Source: Deinococcus radiodurans R1 = ATCC 13939 = DSM 20539 | GTDB taxonomy: Bacteria; Deinococcota; Deinococci; Deinococcales; Deinococcaceae | Reading direction: 5' to 3' | Assembly (NCBI RefSeq): GCF_000008565.1 | Contig: NC_001263.1 | Location: forward strand, 2,503,347 to 2,535,346 | Length of the DNA stretch: 32,000 nucleotides | Part shown: piece after piece, positions 30,591 through 32,000 of the stretch | Position numbering within the stretch: position 1 is the first letter of the stretch | Layout of the letters: each line of letters begins with the position of its first letter | Position numbers and translations under genes: made by a program | The notes under the pieces: model-generated | What the model was told of the DNA's origin: nothing | Databases searched by the model: none | The model's input: only the letters and a program-made list of their open reading frames with translations

Positions 30591-31442
30591 ATGACCCCGC
30601 CCTCGCCGCTGAAATCCGCCGCCTGGCTGCTCGCGCAGCGGCCGGGCGCCGTGCGCGTGCTCGACTGCCGCTACGCCCTGAGCGACCCGCTGCTCGGGCG
30701 CCTCGCCTATCTGGAAGGGCATATTCCCGGCGCGGTCTACGCCGACCTCGAAACCGACCTCAGCGGGCCGGTGCAGCCCGGCGGCGAGGGCGGGCGCCAC
30801 CCGCTGCCCGACCCGCCGGTGCTGGCAGACTGGCTCGGCGCGGCGGGCATCGGCAACGGCGACGTGGTGGTGTGCTACGACGACCCGGGCGGCGGCCAGG
30901 GCTTTTACGCGGCGCGGGCGTGGTGGCTGCTGCGCTGGCTGGGGCACCGCGAGGTGTATGTGCTCGACGGCGGCTGGCCCGCGTACCTCGCGGCGGGGGG
31001 CGAAGCGAGCACCGAGGAACCGCACCCCGTGCCCACGACTTTTACGCCGGACGTGCAGCCCGAACTGGTAGCGACGGCGCAGGACGTACAGAACCGGGAG
31101 GACGGGGTGCTGCTCATCGATTCGCGCGCGCCAGAACGCTACCGGGGCGACAGCGAGCCGCTCGATAAAAAAGCCGGGCACATCCCCGGCGCGGTCAACC
31201 GGCCTTTCAGCGCCGCGCTGGACGAGCAGGGGCAGTTCCGGGCGGGCGCCGAGCAGGCGGGGCGACTGGCCGCCGGAGACGCCCCCACCATCATCTACTG
31301 CGGCAGCGGGGTGAGTGCGACCCCCAACCTGCTCGCCCGCGAACTCGCCGGGGTGCCGCTGGGGCCGAACAACCGCCTGTACGCCGGGTCGTGGAGCGAC
31401 TGGGTGAGCGACGAGGGCAGGCCGGTGGCAACGGGGGAATGA
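30591..31442 (+). CDS. Two-domain rhodanese: 3-mercaptopyruvate / thiosulfate sulfurtransferase
   Basis: Tandem rhodanese domains with active-site loop YCGSGVSA (CG[ST]GV type). TAGGCT lies 7 nt before the ATG. Confidence 0.85.
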   Translation: MTPPSPLKSAAWLLAQRPGAVRVLDCRYALSDPLLGRLAYLEGHIPGAVYADLETDLSGPVQPGGEGGRHPLPDPPVLADWLGAAGIGNGDVVVCYDDPGGGQGFYAARAWWLLRWLGHREVYVLDGGWPAYLAAGGEASTEEPHPVPTTFTPDVQPELVATAQDVQNREDGVLLIDSRAPERYRGDSEPLDKKAGHIPGAVNRPFSAALDEQGQFRAGAEQAGRLAAGDAPTIIYCGSGVSATPNLLARELAGVPLGPNNRLYAGSWSDWVSDEGRPVATGE

Positions 31443-31443
31443 G

Positions 31444-31833
31444 TTAGGGAATGTTCGCTTTGAGGCAGGGCAGCGACTGGCGCATGTCCTCCGCCCGAAA
31501 GGTCAGGTTTTGGATGTTCGGATTCCTGGTGCCGTGCTGATAAGTCACGCTCGCCGCATCCCAGACAACCTTGCCTGACCAGTCTGACCCCGGCCAATAG
31601 CGGCGGCGCATCAGCAACAGCGGTTGGTCCGTGCAGCGCACTTCGAGATATTGCTCGGCCAGCCCGCGATTTGGGCCCCAGCCGCCCCACAGGTCTATCG
31701 CCCGCAGTTCCAGGCCCTGCCACTCCCCTGTCGGCGCCGCCCAGGTGCGGACGATTTTTTCGTTCTGCTCGGCACAACCGACCAACAGCAGGGGAACCAG
31801 GGGAAGGAAAAGCAGGCGCCTTCGCCTGGGCAG
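31444..31833 (-). CDS. Small putative lipoprotein of unknown function; the 5' end is unresolved
   Basis: The track ORF starts at TTG 31785 (MVGCAEQ..). The in-frame upstream sequence reads PRRRRLLFLPLVPLLLVGC, a textbook lipoprotein signal, but only a CTG (31833-31831) precedes it after the stop at 31837-31839. Confidence 0.55.
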   Translation of the reverse strand: MPRRRRLLFLPLVPLLLVGCAEQNEKIVRTWAAPTGEWQGLELRAIDLWGGWGPNRGLAEQYLEVRCTDQPLLLMRRRYWPGSDWSGKVVWDAASVTYQHGTRNPNIQNLTFRAEDMRQSLPCLKANIP

Positions 31834-31889
31834 AGGCTAGGGCGCAGACGGCAAAGAAAGCGTCAGGCAAAAGGTGGCGGGGCAGCGCA

Positions 31890-32000
31890 TCACCGCAGCG
31901 TTACGCTGTCGGTTTCGTTGCCTGGATCGCGGTACTGCACGCGCCATTTCGCGCCGGCGCCGTCGGCCCGCAGGCCCTCGGGGGTTTTGGGGTCGGGAAA
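31890..32000 (-). CDS. 3' end of an unidentified ORF (partial, continues beyond the window)
   Basis: The frame is open from the window edge to TGA at 31892-31890 (..PEGLRADGAGAKWRVQYRDPGNETDSVTLR). Coding-like third-position GC is the only evidence. Confidence 0.35.
   Translation of the reverse strand, partial: FPDPKTPEGLRADGAGAKWRVQYRDPGNETDSVTLR

Noticed and set aside
31295-31870. 191-aa minus-strand ORF with a signal-peptide-like start (MPDAFFAVCALASAQA).
   Set aside because: It is a different frame from the well-formed lipobox reading and has an Arg/Gly/Pro-rich body. It overlaps the sulfurtransferase 3' end in antisense. It would only matter if a frameshift joined it to the lipoprotein frame, which I cannot support.

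Overview
Gene-dense, high-GC bacterial chromosomal segment with no IS element, prophage, CRISPR array or rRNA. From memory only, I recognise the gene order as the Deinococcus radiodurans chromosome 1 neighbourhood: S-layer hpi (DR_2508), PQQ-propeller Ser/Thr kinase rqkA (DR_2518), orphan Mn-type binding protein (DR_2523). I cannot verify this here. Content from left to right: prolyl oligopeptidase 3' end, a Zn-ribbon/HEPN-like orphan, a secreted C39-like peptidase, an esterase, an acyl-CoA synthetase and hpi with an A/T-rich upstream island. Then ruvX, enoyl-CoA hydratase, PSP1/RicT, RidA, a membrane PP2C phosphatase, a PlsC-type acyltransferase, an M16 peptidase pair, an Ig-repeat lipoprotein and rqkA. 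Then a MerR regulator with small membrane ORF(s), DUF512, lysophospholipase, the metal-binding protein, rpmB, dctA, lpdA, tRNA-Glu and a small lipoprotein. Last come a large DUF937/TM/Ig-like gene, a sulfurtransferase, a small lipoprotein and a partial ORF. Most of the window is housekeeping, and I found no convincing multi-gene novel system. The points most worth a second look are: (1) a MerR-type promoter (TTGACT, 19-bp spacer with dyad, TAGCGT) driving small membrane ORF(s) plus a Cys-poor MerR; (2) a stand-alone Zn-ribbon protein with an R-N-x-x-x-H HEPN signature; (3) two inverted copies of a ~55-nt structured intergenic repeat with compensatory stem changes; (4) a promoter-to-terminator unit with a C-rich 5' end and no ORF, a candidate sRNA; (5) a ~790-aa DUF937/TM/Ig-like gene broken by two frameshifts; (6) widespread leaderless-type TAnnnT boxes 5-9 nt before start codons. 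Three frame disruptions and two ORFs without a canonical start codon occur in 32 kb. That argues for single-base sequence errors at least as strongly as for biology. The long codon-aligned antisense ORFs in the track are high-GC artefacts.
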